Below, one piece after another: positions 43,626 to 56,816 of a stretch of DNA of 64,000 bases. Positions within the stretch are counted from its first letter, which is position 1. Every line of letters begins with the position of its first letter. The stretch is from assembly GCA_044892525.1 (NCBI GenBank), contig CM097885.1:236718001-236782000 (forward strand), read 5' to 3'. This stretch comes from Schmidtea polychroa. Its lineage: Eukaryota. The notes under the pieces were generated by a model, which did no database searches, had not been told where the DNA came from, and saw only the letters and a list, made by a program, of their open reading frames with translations. The position numbers were made by a program, and so were the translations under genes.

Positions 43626-43653
43626 TGAGAGCTAAATAAACTTGAAACTAGTA
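43626..43653 (+). ncRNA. Partial hammerhead-family motif (copy C)
   Basis: TGAGAGCTAAATAAACTTGAAACTAGTA. The 5' core is missing but the flanks are shared with copies B and D. Confidence 0.35.
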
Positions 43654-44025
43654 TTCCATTTGAAATTGCACTAAATACCAAAAGACATTTTGTTTTAATT
43701 ATCATTCGTGCCACGCAATAAAATTATGAAATACATAAATTTCTCGAGCTTCTTTCATGCAATATGTATTTAATCTCAAATTTGGAAAATTGATCAAAGA
43801 CGTAGAAAATAGCTGTGGAATCTTCAATATTTCTCAAAATACATGATAAATAATCTTCTTCTAAATTATCAGGTACCTCCCATCCTTCCAAACTGTTAAA
43901 TCACTTAATATCCAAGTTAATGGTTATAAAATATCCACATTCATAATAAATAATTACTTAATAATTAACTTAACAGCATTATCATGATAAACACAAATAT
44001 TAATAAATTATGAAGACATTTTCCT

Positions 44026-44283
44026 GATTCTAGGACGTTTAATTGCGGACGATTCATCAATGGGACTGTTTATCACAGGTCTGTTCATCACAGTATACAT
44101 GTAAAATAAGAAAATACATAATGGAGGTTTTTCTTTGCAATCTCTATTAATTTGTCTATTTACTTTATTTTAAGATAGTAATACGTATAGTAAGATCATC
44201 CAAATTATCCAAAGCGAATTAATATATGATATGTGATGAATAGTCCGATGATGAATCGTCCGGTGATGAAACGTCCGGATACC
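44026..44283. mobile_element. Mutator/Foldback-like MITE with internally repetitive TIRs
   Basis: Arms are built from GGAC..TTCATCA units and their inverse TGATGAA..GTCC. Flanks ATTTTCCT and ATTTTTCCT suggest a ~9-bp TSD. Confidence 0.7.
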
Positions 44284-45215
44284 ATTTTTCCTAATAACAT
44301 TATTAAACTAAATTTTCAATATGATATATAAAATTTAGTCATGCAAGAAAATGTTAACCACAAGTATTTGTCAAGAGGTGCGGATCCTATATTTCATAGT
44401 ACACAATCGGTTTGCCTACGGATTTTAGTTTTGATACAAAGAGAGATGGATAATAACATCGAAAACATGTATCATTTCTTGTTTCATACATACTACAATG
44501 CAAATATACTATACAAAAGATACGAAAAAAAATTTTTAAATTTTACGATTTATGAAAATAAATTAAAATAAATTAAAATTTGGAAAACGAAAAAATCAAT
44601 ATTTTTCATTCGAAAAAGGTGGTAACTGGTGAGAAATGAGATTCTGAAGATAAAATAATAAAATAATTTCAAATTGATCAGAGGTTTATAGAACGTTCAG
44701 GAGCTCAGAAACAAAAAAATTAATTAATTAATTGATTGTTAGCCGAGCCCATTAATCAATAGCAGTAGAGTGTCAGATCAATGTGTTACCAGGAATTAGG
44801 ATAATGGCCAATACATTCTTCAATTATACCCTGGTGATTGTCAGATGAATAAGTTGCAGGGAAAAAATAAGTTGTGAAATAATAAGCAGAAAGCACAAAA
44901 CAGAAATCGCCACTTGGTCGAAGAGGAAATTGTTCAATTTAAGACAGTGAACGAGTCGAGGAGTCATGTAGACAAAAGAAATAAAGAAGATTGTGTTTTG
45001 ATTTTAGGGTGATACCCATCGGGTATCTACCCAATTTGTGTAACGTTATAATTAATTTGAATAGTTTGTAAATATATATTTTGTTGAAATTTGAGTTATT
45101 TTTTTTATTGCTAAACAAGAGGAGTCAGATTGAAGTTTAGTTCCATCGAAAAACATTTAAATATCACAATCATTGGGAATTGACTATTCCACCCCATTTA
45201 ATATAAGGAGGTTCC

Positions 45216-45584
45216 CAAAGCCAGATTTACTATTGAGGGGGCCCAATACTAAAAATCTTATGGGGCCATTTTATAATTTTTTTAAACAAAAAGTTTAATT
45301 TGTTTCGTGCAGTTATATAGTTAAAGTAATAGTTTAATTTCGAAAATAATATTACAATTATTCATATATAAAAGATATAAACATGAAGAACAATTCATAA
45401 ATAAAAAAAAAATTAATTTAGAAACATTTTCTTCTAGATTTTTAGTCTACAAAATCGTCAACAGCAACTTCTTTACTTATATTACATAAATATAATAATC
45501 TGCAAATAATTAAATGATTTAATAAGATTTTATAATAATAATACGAAATTTGGGGCTCCTTGTCTAAGGATTAATCCAGGCCTG
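45216..45584. mobile_element. Old hAT-like MITE
   Basis: Ends CAAAGCCAGATTTA and TTAATCCAGGCCTG, subterminal GGGGCC motifs, and 8-bp flanks GAGGTTCC and TAGGTTTC (6/8). Confidence 0.5.
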
Positions 45585-45778
45585 TAGGTTTCCAACGCAA
45601 ATTAAATAAAAAGAAAACACATCATGATCATTGGATTGAGACCATTTAACAAAAATATATATTTAATTTACTTAGAATTGTCGCTTGAAATTGAGAAATT
45701 GGCCAGTTCGATTGCAAACAGAGGTTTTCTTTTCGAATAACTTAAAAAATTCGAAAATTGTAATTTATTTGTTGATTC

Positions 45779-46151
45779 GGTAGGTCCGTGTTATCTTACC
45801 CCCAAAAATTAAATTATAAAATACAATTAAAATAACAATATAAAAAATGAGAGAATACATTATTGATGACGTTATTGAACATTATTGAACATGAATTTAT
45901 TAAGGCTATCTGTTATTTATGTAATTATGTGATTATGTGAGTTTATGTGGCGCAAACGTGTTCTGAGGCACAGTGCCAATGTGTTCGACACTATTCTCAA
46001 CGACATTGTGGTTTTCTGGCCACCTGGATGACCATTTACAAACTCTTTACAAACATTTGCTGAGTTTGTAACTGTGATTTAGAAAATAAATATAATAATT
46101 ATGTGTTCTTTTTTAATTTAACTTTTGGGAGTAAGATAACACGGAAGTACC
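45779..46151 (+). mobile_element. Merlin-superfamily internal-deletion derivative
   Basis: About 38-bp TIRs starting GGTA, perfect 8-bp TSD GTTGATTC (45771-45778, 46152-46159), and an internal LCEFMWRKR..VFDTILNDI remnant resembling Merlin/IS1595 transposase C-termini. Confidence 0.85.
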
Positions 46152-47829
46152 GTTGATTCAATTCAGTTGTACGAATTGGTTTGTAAAAGTAAAAATATTT
46201 TTTATTTTAATTTACATTTTAAACTGATTGGTCAGTATTAAAACTAAAAAATAAAATAATACAAAAGTTAGAAATATTTTGATATAAAAATATATAAAAA
46301 ATAAATTCTTTAGAATCCATATTTTAATTTGTTTAATTAATCAATAATTTCTTCTTAATTTGAACAAATTAATCAATAAATGAAGTAGTATAAATTTATT
46401 TAATTTATAATAATAAAAATCACTTAAATCCACTAATAAATAAATTCTAGAAGTTGATTTCCGTAGAATATCAAAGACAGCAATTATTTTACTCACTCTT
46501 AATCCGCATATTTAAAATTTAATTTAATATAAACAATAAATTTGTTTTTAATGTAAATTTAATACGAATAAAATTGTATTAAAAGAACTTTTTTGTCAAA
46601 TTTCACCACTGATTTCTTTTCGCTTTTCTTTCCAATTGGATCAAATTCATTTGTAAAAGGCAGTGCAGAAAATTCTTGAATATCAAAAACATCGATATAT
46701 TTACTGATTCATAGTCAAGCTTTTTAATAATTAAAATTGTAGTTATATTTGTCTGTTTTAAATATATTCGAATAGTTAGAAACATAAAATTTTAAACAGA
46801 ATCACGCTTTTATTTATTTTATTGATTTTATATATTATTATTAACTATCAGATATCTAAAAATACAATAAAAAATGTTCTTTATTCTATTTATGTACATG
46901 TTTGCAAATTTACCAACATTTTAATCAATCTTGTTTTAATCGATGTTTCAACCTTGATGCTTTCACTACTGATCATTTTCATGTCAATCATTGATATTTA
47001 CAAACTTTTGATTGAAGAAGCTGAAACCAACATGATTATTATTCCGTTCTACTTATCCGTAAAGGTCGTCGAAATACAACGCAAGAACTAATCAAAATTG
47101 AATACGGAAAGCAATGGCTTGATAACAATCTAGATAAAGGAAAAAAACGATTTAAGAAATGTGTTGATAAAAATGCTTCAATTTTCAATAACTTTATATC
47201 AAATTATTACTATGATTAAGTTTAGTAAGGAGTTATTTATATATTACATAAGCCAACAAACTAACTCCATACATGTTGGGACCTTCATATTATGCGTACG
47301 TAAAAATAAACTTTTCAACCATTTCATTTCATGCATGAGAAATTTATTTGGCAATTGTAATGATATTTATTTTATTATATTTATCATTTTTAATATATTG
47401 TTTGTCTGTGTTGAAATTTATTAAAAGCCTAAAGATAGAACTATTGGAAACTCAAAAACTCACAATTCAAAAAAAAAATGAGTTATTGTGTCACCTAGTA
47501 ATTTGCCACTATAGAAAGTGATTCACGCCACATCGTAGCAGTGGAATCACTGAGGTGTTGCTAAAGAAAACTCCAGCTTCTTCAACAATAGCTTGATGGT
47601 CCACACTTCTTTTTCCTAACTCCATGATTCCCCATCAATGGTGCTCGAAGTCATAGAGTTGTAACTAAACAAGGTTCAGTGGTACTTTATTCACTCTTCT
47701 AAAGATTTTTCCTCTCCAGACAATGTTTATAGTAATCAAGTACGTTTTCTACAATCTTTAAATCTATTCTTCTTTAAGTACAGACAACTTTTTATTACTG
47801 TAAAGATCAAGTTAAATTAGGCATTTAAT

Positions 47830-48840
47830 TAGGCTAGCCATTTGCGCGGAAACATCCCTGGCAGTCCCGGGTTGGCACCTCTGTCCCGCAATCCCGGTTT
47901 AGAAAATATTTTCTTGTTTAAACTTTGCACAAATTCGCAACGGAAATATTTAAAAGGTCATTCGCCGCTAGGTCATTTTTACATTGAGAAATTTCTGAAA
48001 ATTGGTTTAAAATCAATATCTGTTCTTAGAAAATACACAGAGCCATTTGTTTCAGTTGAATAATGCTTGTAAGTATGAATTAATAACTGGCAATTATTAA
48101 TCGTTTGATTGAAAAAATTGAAAATTAGTTTGTTTAGATTAAAAATGTCATGAGCAAGTAAACATCGAAAAACCTCATGGAATGATAAATACTCTTTCGA
48201 GTTTGGATTTATACAAAAGGTTCAGGATGATGAATCACAGGCACTTTGTACAGTCTGTTCGAATGGATTTCTTATCGTTCATGGTGGTCATCAAAATATT
48301 CTGGATCACATCAAGTCAGATCATCAATACATCAGGTTTAAAAGCTGAAACATCAAGCAAGAAAGTCAGCGATTATTTTCAGAAATTGACAGCAACGAAT
48401 GAGGAGCAGAAGGTAGCTGGAAAAGAAGCAGTTTTTGCATTTCACACTGCAAAACACAATTATTCATTTCGTTCAAATGACTGTACTGCTGGACTTATCA
48501 GAGGACTCTATGATCCAAAGTTTTCACTCGAAAAGACAAAGACTGAAAAATTGATCTCCAAAGTATTGGCTCCATTCATTGACAAACCAATCAAAGAAGC
48601 ATTAAGAAAGGAAAATTTTGTCTCTCTTATTACTGACACATCAAACCATAGAAACAAAAAAATGCTGCCGATCGTTGTATGATATTTTGATCCAGTCAAA
48701 GGTGTTGTCAACAAGAAATTGGCTAATGTATCGATTCCTAATGAGCAGTCAGAGACAATCTTCAAAGAAATTGTGAAAGTGATAAGGGAGAAAAGCTTTT
48801 TAGATAAAGTTGTTGCATACGCTGCTGATAACACCAACCT
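47830..48840 (+). mobile_element. 5' part of a hAT (Blackjack-like) transposon with a transposase pseudogene
   Basis: Left end TAGGCTAGCCATTT with TCCCG repeats. BED-like ALCTVC..HGG..ILDHIKSDH, then FAFHTAKHNYSFRSNDC, ITDTSNH and AADNTN. Contains a frameshift and a stop. Confidence 0.8.
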
Positions 48841-48971
48841 AAGCTTAATGAAGATGTAGCAGCATTTAATTTGGATAAAAATGAAGATTCAGAAGAAGAA
48901 ATTAATGATAATTTTAATTTAGATGGATTTGTGGATGATGCTTTAGATATTTCTCAGATACACTTTAGCTT

Positions 48972-49088
48972 TGGAGTCAGAGTCGGAGTCGTTCTCTGAA
49001 TATTTCAACGGTTGGATTCGGAGTCGGAGTCCGAGTCGGAGTCCGATTCCGAGTCCGAGTCCGAGTTGGTACTTTTTTTACACCCCTA
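48972..49088. repeat. (GGAGTC/CGAGTC)n array ending in ACACCCCTA, probably a DNA-transposon terminus
   Basis: Hexamer tandem array, unusually GC-rich for this window. A short similar relic lies at about 13306. Confidence 0.55.
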
Positions 49089-50361
49089 AATATTATTTAC
49101 AATTTAAATTAAAATTCAGTTAAATTAAAAAAAATTAAATTAAATTAATGAATACCATCAATACTATAAATAAACAATTACATATTCAAAATCTAATTTA
49201 TAAAATATTATGACACACTTAATACATAAATTTGCTAATCTTTTCACGTGGCCTCAATAATAAATAGTAATTAATGAAATTTAATTACAATGCCATTTCA
49301 TTTATTTTCATTCTAATTAATTTTCATTTTCGGCTTTGCCTTTATAAAGATTTAAGTCGAAAATTTATGTTGTTAAGAAATATTTTTGATCAATTATCAG
49401 AAAAAGCGTAAATGAAATAAAAAAAAACAAACCAGAATTATTTGTTTGCATGAATTGCCATTCATTTATTATTTTATAATTTTTTTTGCAATTCTCCATA
49501 TTACTATTTGCTGAGCGTCTCAGAATTTTCAATTAATATTTAATTCGTAAAAGGATAAAAAAAAGAAAAATGCTATAACATTAATACTTTTCACAGGTAT
49601 AAGAAATACAAATTGCGTAATTTAAAACAATTATGAATCAACCGTGATAAAATAATAAAAAAATTCATTTATCATTTTATTATAAGAACTTTTTTTATTT
49701 TTCACCACTGATTTCTTTTCAATTGACATTGTATTTGTTTTTAAAATATTGTTACATTTCTTTTATTTGTGTCGAAATTATTGGATGCTTATGTTTTACA
49801 ATGTCCAATAGCAATTTATATATTCATTTGTATTCCTTTTTAAAAAATCTAAATAAATTGTAATAAAAATTACAATCATTATTACCGCAATAATGAATTC
49901 AAAGTTCTAAAATGTTATTGATACTTTTGACTCTGACTCAAACAAAAAAAGCAATTTTCTTCCATTCCATTGAAAGACCGAGACTTGAATAAACATGTTT
50001 CCAAAGTGCACTTGATAATGGAAATAGCACTTTGTCTGATAATGCTACAAACTACCAAATAATTTTTCATTTTTAGAAAAGACATGCCTTCATTTAATTT
50101 TAGAAAATATATTTTCACTGAACACTTGCAATAAATTGACAAAATATTAATATTTTTGCTTAAGAAACCTCATTTTAATTTAGGGAATTTCCAATTATTT
50201 GTAAGTTTATTGGACAAAAAAATGTTTCCAGAAAAGGGATTTTAGAAATTAATTTTTTTCACATTTCTTTTCATTTAAATAAAAACTTTATTTTTCCAAA
50301 TTATGTTATCAGTTTTATTTAAAAATTTATTAACTGTTTTCTTTAATCAAATTTCAAATTA

Positions 50362-50520
<159 letters not shown>

Positions 50521-51296
50521 TTAATTAATTAATTAAAAATTTATTTATTGAATTTCAAAAGCAAAATCAATATATTAAGGAAATAAGTGACCATATTTAA
50601 AACAAATAATATATATTTAGTTAATTAATTAAAAAATTGTTTACATTATTAATCATTGGAATTGGAAAAACAAGAATTATAATGTTGAATTAAATTCATT
50701 CAATTAGGAAATAAATTGTGAAATTTTAAAATATATGATAGTAAACTTTATTTGTTTCCTATTCGGGGTCAAAGAAATAAAGCATCGTGCATAAAAAAGG
50801 CAAAGTGAAATTCCAGGGGTACTCACGAATTGGATATGATTTCCTTTAATATATGCGATTAGATCATAACTTTGTGTGAAAATGAGTAGTAAGTAAAGGT
50901 TCAACATTATTGGGTATTTGTTATTGAATAGAGACCAATTGAATAAATTGTTCCTTATAAGACATTTACCAACCTAACTCAAACCTTTTAAAAAATTAAA
51001 CATGTAATAAAAGTAGAACCTGATATGTCATTCTACTTTCAAAAAACAATCAAAATACGATTTCTTACAACTGCATGTCGAAATGTGTGTTTCATTGTTA
51101 ACATTTGCACCAACTGGGGCACATGACTGAAGCGAAAAACAAAACGTTAGACAAACTTGAAATTATTAAGAAATTGAGGAGAATGAATGAAAAATAAACT
51201 AAGACAGACAAAAATTGTAAAATGTATTATGTAATATATTTACAATGATATTAGAATTGCAACGACAATCTTTGATATGAATGACGGTCTCGAGGA

Positions 51297-51360
51297 TTAA
51301 TATCCAAATACACTGCTACAACTGCTGGTAAAAGCTGAATCTTCGAGGCTTTTATCGGAA
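51297..51360 (-). CDS. axin: Axin-like exon 6 (putative last): SDKSLEDSAFTSSCSSVFGY*
   Basis: Acceptor ATTTTTATAG after a 52-nt intron. TAA at 51297-51299. Confidence 0.55.
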
Positions 51361-53183
51361 CTATAAAAATCACATATAATCTTTATCAAATTTTATTTTT
51401 CCGTAAATTTACTTCTTGTAATTCGGAAAGAGAATCCATGGATCCGCTGAGGTTCTGAAGGAAAGGTTAAATTTATCCTGTAAAACAAATAAATATTATA
51501 AATATATAACAAATGAACAAAGCAACATTTAATAAATTACTTTATTAATGAAAAAGTCCTCCTCTGGCCAAACTCGTTTGCAATGATAATCTAGGATTTC
51601 CTGGGGATCGACATTTTCCCTACTACTGATAGAAGGTGACAGCCTTTTATGACACTGTAAGTTCTTTATAAGTGCCATCAATGAGAATTGGCATTTTGTA
51701 TTTATGATTGACTGCTGAAAAATTCAAAAAGAAACCCGGATAATTTCAATTTTAGTTCATTTAAAAAAATATTCGTTATGCAATACATTGATGATTACGT
51801 AATGAATTGATAATGAAAATGTTGAACAACTCAATAGTCACATACACATATGCTAGCCAACTGTCAGTTATCTCAATGCACCAGATAAGAGAAAGTCCAC
51901 GTTTTATCCCCGACCACCAAAGAATCGGATTATGCCACATCTCCAATGTGACTGACAACAGATGTTAATGTGATTATTTCTGTCGCAGTGTCGTCTCACT
52001 TGCCTCCTTCATTCACCGCTCTTTTCTCGATTGTATTTAAAAACATCGGATTGAACAAATACTTTTGGTATGTTGGCCAAGTTATTTTTCTAAACCCACC
52101 ACCGAAAAACCGCGGGATACAAAACAGACCATAGATAAACAAAGTTTCAATTAAAAACAATTGCAAAAATACAATCTACAAATTGCCATTTAGCGGTAAG
52201 TTTGAAATGAATTCGGGAATTTTATTTATATTTTCCTTAGAGTAACTTTGAAATAATATTTAAATAACATTTTAAACAAGCTCGTGTTTCAGCAGGATAA
52301 GTTTATCAATTCATTAAAACAAAATTTATTGTTTTATCAAATCATTAATGTGACACTTTGGATTTCAAAATATATTTTCTTTGTGTTGGATTGAAATTCA
52401 TTTAAAAATAATTTTTGAAGTTATTAAGGATAAAATTATTATAATTATAGTTGAAATTATTATTATTAAATAAAATTAAAAAATAGTAGAAATTGTAAAA
52501 AAAAATTCATTTAATTAAAACAAAATTAAATTAAATTTTGCACAAATATGTTATCGTACTTAGTTATCGAATACACTGACCTATGAAATTTATGTGCATT
52601 TTTAATTATCAATTTTTAATGGAGTCATTCAACAAATCTTTGTTTTGTTTTCAATAAATTGAAAAAAAAATTGTTTATAAATGACCGCATTCAAGCATTT
52701 GGTAGAAGGTGTGACCGTGAGAGAGAAAATCTAAAATTGATAATGAAGTAAAACGAAAAATGATTCACCAAAACATGTTTAGAAAAGTCGGCTCACACTC
52801 AGTTTATCAAGGCAGCACTGGCCCAGTTTGCGTTTTTAGAAAAATTCTAAACTTTTGATTAAAATGCCGATTCAATATTTGAATATATTCAATTAAAATA
52901 ATTTTAATAAAATATTGTGATACTTGTGATTGCTACCAAAAAATAATGTGTTGAAAATTAATGTCAGCTTTCTATTTTCTATCAATCTTCTTAAAAATAT
53001 TTTATATTTTCCGATTCTGAATAAATTTTACAACTATTTGACAGCAAATTTTTTACAAATTTTTTATTCTTACATTGTAATTATAGTTATTTTTTATCTT
53101 TATTTTGTCATCCAAATTAATTAATATATTAATATTACAATAACAAATAATAACACAAATATGTGACAACTTTTTTCAATTTA

Positions 53184-53239
<56 letters not shown>

Positions 53240-54094
53240 TGTATTAAATAACAAAAATTCATATATTCAATTCCGAATGATAAGTGGATTATAAATAAAA
53301 TCGAAATAAAATATCAAAAAAAGGTAACTGATTGACCAGTGACGTGACAATGAGATAGCAAAAGCAAACAATGTTCAGAAACCTCCAAAATAAATTGCCA
53401 AATTGACTGCTCAAAAGGTATATAATATATATTTCATAAATATAAAATGAAATATTTTCTTCATTTAAAACTTAAGTAAATTAGTTTTAAATTGTATTTT
53501 ATTCCTTATATAAACATGTTTTATATTTATATTTAAACGTAATCAAATCATTTCGTAACGTATTTCAATATTTCAAAATGTTCAACTGCCAATAAGATGT
53601 CGAAATATGTTTAGCACTGGTCGCCTAAAATGTACAGTTAAGTCAATGTGAATGACTGTGTTGATTAAGATGAAGTTTTAGAAACTGCATATTGAGGAGA
53701 ACTATTTTCCAAAAGCAGAGCCAAATATATTTCAATTATTTTATAGTTGTCAAAAAATCACCTTCACAGTCCCTTGCTCTTGTTAACTACCGAATGATTT
53801 CGACAATGATAATGACAATAATTCCTTGTTAATTTTTACATAAAAGGAAACAAAACATATTTTTTAGTGAATTCGCAATAAAGAAATTAAATAACTTTGC
53901 TAAATTTAGAAACAAACTAAATTATCATTTTATCTTTAAAAAATTAACAATGAATTAGTAAATATATCGATGTTTTTTTATTATATCATTACTAATTCAT
54001 AGTTAATTTTTTATATACAATGTCAATTGAAAAGAAATCAGAGATGAAAATAGAAAGAAGTTCTTATAATAAATTATTATTAATATTATTATTA

Positions 54095-54162
<68 letters not shown>

Positions 54163-56781
54163 TTTATAATTATAATAATTATCATTAGCATTAATAAAGA
54201 TCCTTCTTTCACTAATAAATGTCTCCTCGTTGAGTAGGTTTAGTCCCGAAGTTAATTGCTGATACGTCTTGCTTATTACGCTAATGAATTCTTCATAGTT
54301 TTCATAACTGTTTTTAACATAATTGATTGTGATTTACTATATTATTAATATTCAACGGAAATAATTAATTTAATTAAATAATATATAATCAAATATTTCA
54401 AGTTCCTATGATTCTCCCCATTAAATGTCTTGAAATAAAATAAAATTTAATTACATAAAGTAAAAATTAAAACAGTTTTGATGTGTAAAAGATTTAATGT
54501 TATAAATGTGATATCCGTTAATTTCTGTAATAATAATTTTGTAATTTATTTGACAAATAATTCATTAGTGGAAAGAATAATATTAAAATTTAGAGAAATT
54601 AAATTAGATATATTTAAAGTCTTCATTTAATTTTGTTAATTATAATTTTCTTTATATTACCTAATCTAATAATATATTTTGAATTAAAATATTTATCGAA
54701 TTTTTGGGTTAATTTTCTATTCAAATTAAATTTTAAAATATAAATGAATTTCAAATTGTCTTGAAAATACCGAAAAATTGAGAAAACCTTAAATATTAAT
54801 TGACAAATATAATTGGAAAATATTTTTTAAATGTCTTTTATTTTTTTAAATGATTTATTATAAAATGAAGTTTAATAATATACCGTATTAGCCCGAATAT
54901 AACGCGACCCTGAATTGAGAAAAAAAATACTCATAAAAAATTAAAAATAATGGAAATTATTCAATCTGATAAGCGTTTGGTTAAGTAATTGAAGGTAATA
55001 CATAGGTTATATTCATTACAATAAATTTAATTAATTTAAACCAAAATTTAATAAAAATAAAATGTTAAAAATTGTCGCGTCATATTTGGGCTAATACGGT
55101 ATTTAGTTTTACATATTTTCTGTATATTAACAGTAAAACCTTTAATCTAAATTACCATTGATTAACTATTTTCAATTTCTTTTTTCTTTATTATTATTAT
55201 AACATGTCTAATTAAATTAATTTTTTCAAAAATGAAGGACAAAGTAATTTTATTTTTAAGATAATAAATTAATATTTACTATTTTCTAATTTATTTTTCA
55301 AAATTTTTCTATTTTTTTAAACCATCTCACAAATAGTGATAAAATATTCTTTATATAAATATATTAAGATAAAACAATAAATAACGTTTTTCAACAAATT
55401 TTAGTTAAATTAAAAGATTGATTCCAACCATTTTCAATAGTTAATTTACACCAATTCGCAAATATTTTATGACTTGGCAGCATTATTCAACATCTTTGGA
55501 GTCGAAGAACTCTTGACATTATAGTTTTATCTCTTCATTATTAGAGAACCAACGTTATTGGGGAAATTGTGTAATAAATGAAAATCAAAAGTGGGCTTGA
55601 AAATATTGTAGATAAAGAATAACTTCAATGTCAAACTCCCTCTGTAATTTGTTTTTATTTATATTTTTTCTTATTACTCGTCAACCAGTTTATCATTAAC
55701 TTTTTGAAAAATTGTGTTGTTGGATATGAGGCTTTAGTTTTAGTTATTCAATATTTTCTTTTATTTGTATAAAATTTATAAACCCACTTTTCATCTATAT
55801 CAACTTTTCCTTCAGAATATCTTTTATCAAAAGATTTTTTTATAAGTTTATTACAAATGAAGATAATTTGGTATTTATTGTAAGAAACCTATCATAACAT
55901 TCTTTATTTTCAATATTATGACCTCTTCTGATACCTCTTAAACCAGCACGTAACTGACCTTATTTTAAACAAAATTATCGCCTTTAATAAGACATATTTT
56001 TATAACTCTCTGCATTACTAGAATGTTAAAAATAAATCTAACATAGGCTAAATTTATTATTTATTGGACTAATATTAATAATAATGTTTATTTATAATAT
56101 AGTATGATTAACTTATATCAAATATAATTACAAAACTTACAGTAATTAAAGAAGAAACATATGATTATATAGACAAAACTAATTTAATACAATTGAAAAA
56201 TAACAATCCTTTTTTAATAAACCATATTAACTTAAAACTTCTACATTTATAAAATAAATATAATTTAATTTTTGTTTTAAATATTAAAATTTAAAATATT
56301 TTTTCACTATTTTTATATTAAAAAAAGTATTTATTGATTTTAAATGGGTTAATTAAAATTTCTCCCTCATACTTTCATTCAATTTACATACAATCCAAGA
56401 ATTTTTTTATTACATCCTACGATCAAAGTTTGTTTTCAGAAATTTTATTTTTAATTTAAATAATTACCTTTACAATTGTAGGTTTTAAATTCTATTATTT
56501 CAGTCTGCAAATAGTTAATTAAAATGATTACTTAATTTCAATATTATTATTTAACAATGATTTCTGTAATATATTTTTCAATTTTAGTTGATAGTATTTA
56601 TTATAAAATATTTCAAAGCTTTATATCAAGTTATTTATTATTTCCTCAAGCGGAATTTATAAACGTATGGTTTTAAAGTTGATATTATAAATGTTTTAGT
56701 ATATCATACAAGTTAATGTTTATAATCATTTCAAAATAACAGGATGTGTAGATAAATTTAATAATAATAATAATAATAATA

Positions 56782-56816
<35 letters not shown>

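Noticed and set aside
43725..43900. Open minus-strand stretch (LEGWEVPDNLEEDYL..) considered as a downstream Axin exon
   Set aside because: No DIX or Axin similarity. It lies among transposon relics and cannot be assigned.
44737..45117. Possible solo LTR (TGTTAGC...GCTAAACA, with a hairpin at about 45008-45031)
   Set aside because: No target-site duplication and no second copy in the window.
51250..51358. Alternative frame PAVVAVYLDINPRD.., faintly like the first strand of a DIX domain
   Set aside because: It stops after about 35 codons and has none of the downstream DIX motifs.
54190..54310. Open minus-strand stretch in Axin-like intron 3 (YENYEEFISVISKTYQQL..)
   Set aside because: The acceptor phase is incompatible with exon 3, and it runs into a microsatellite without a donor.
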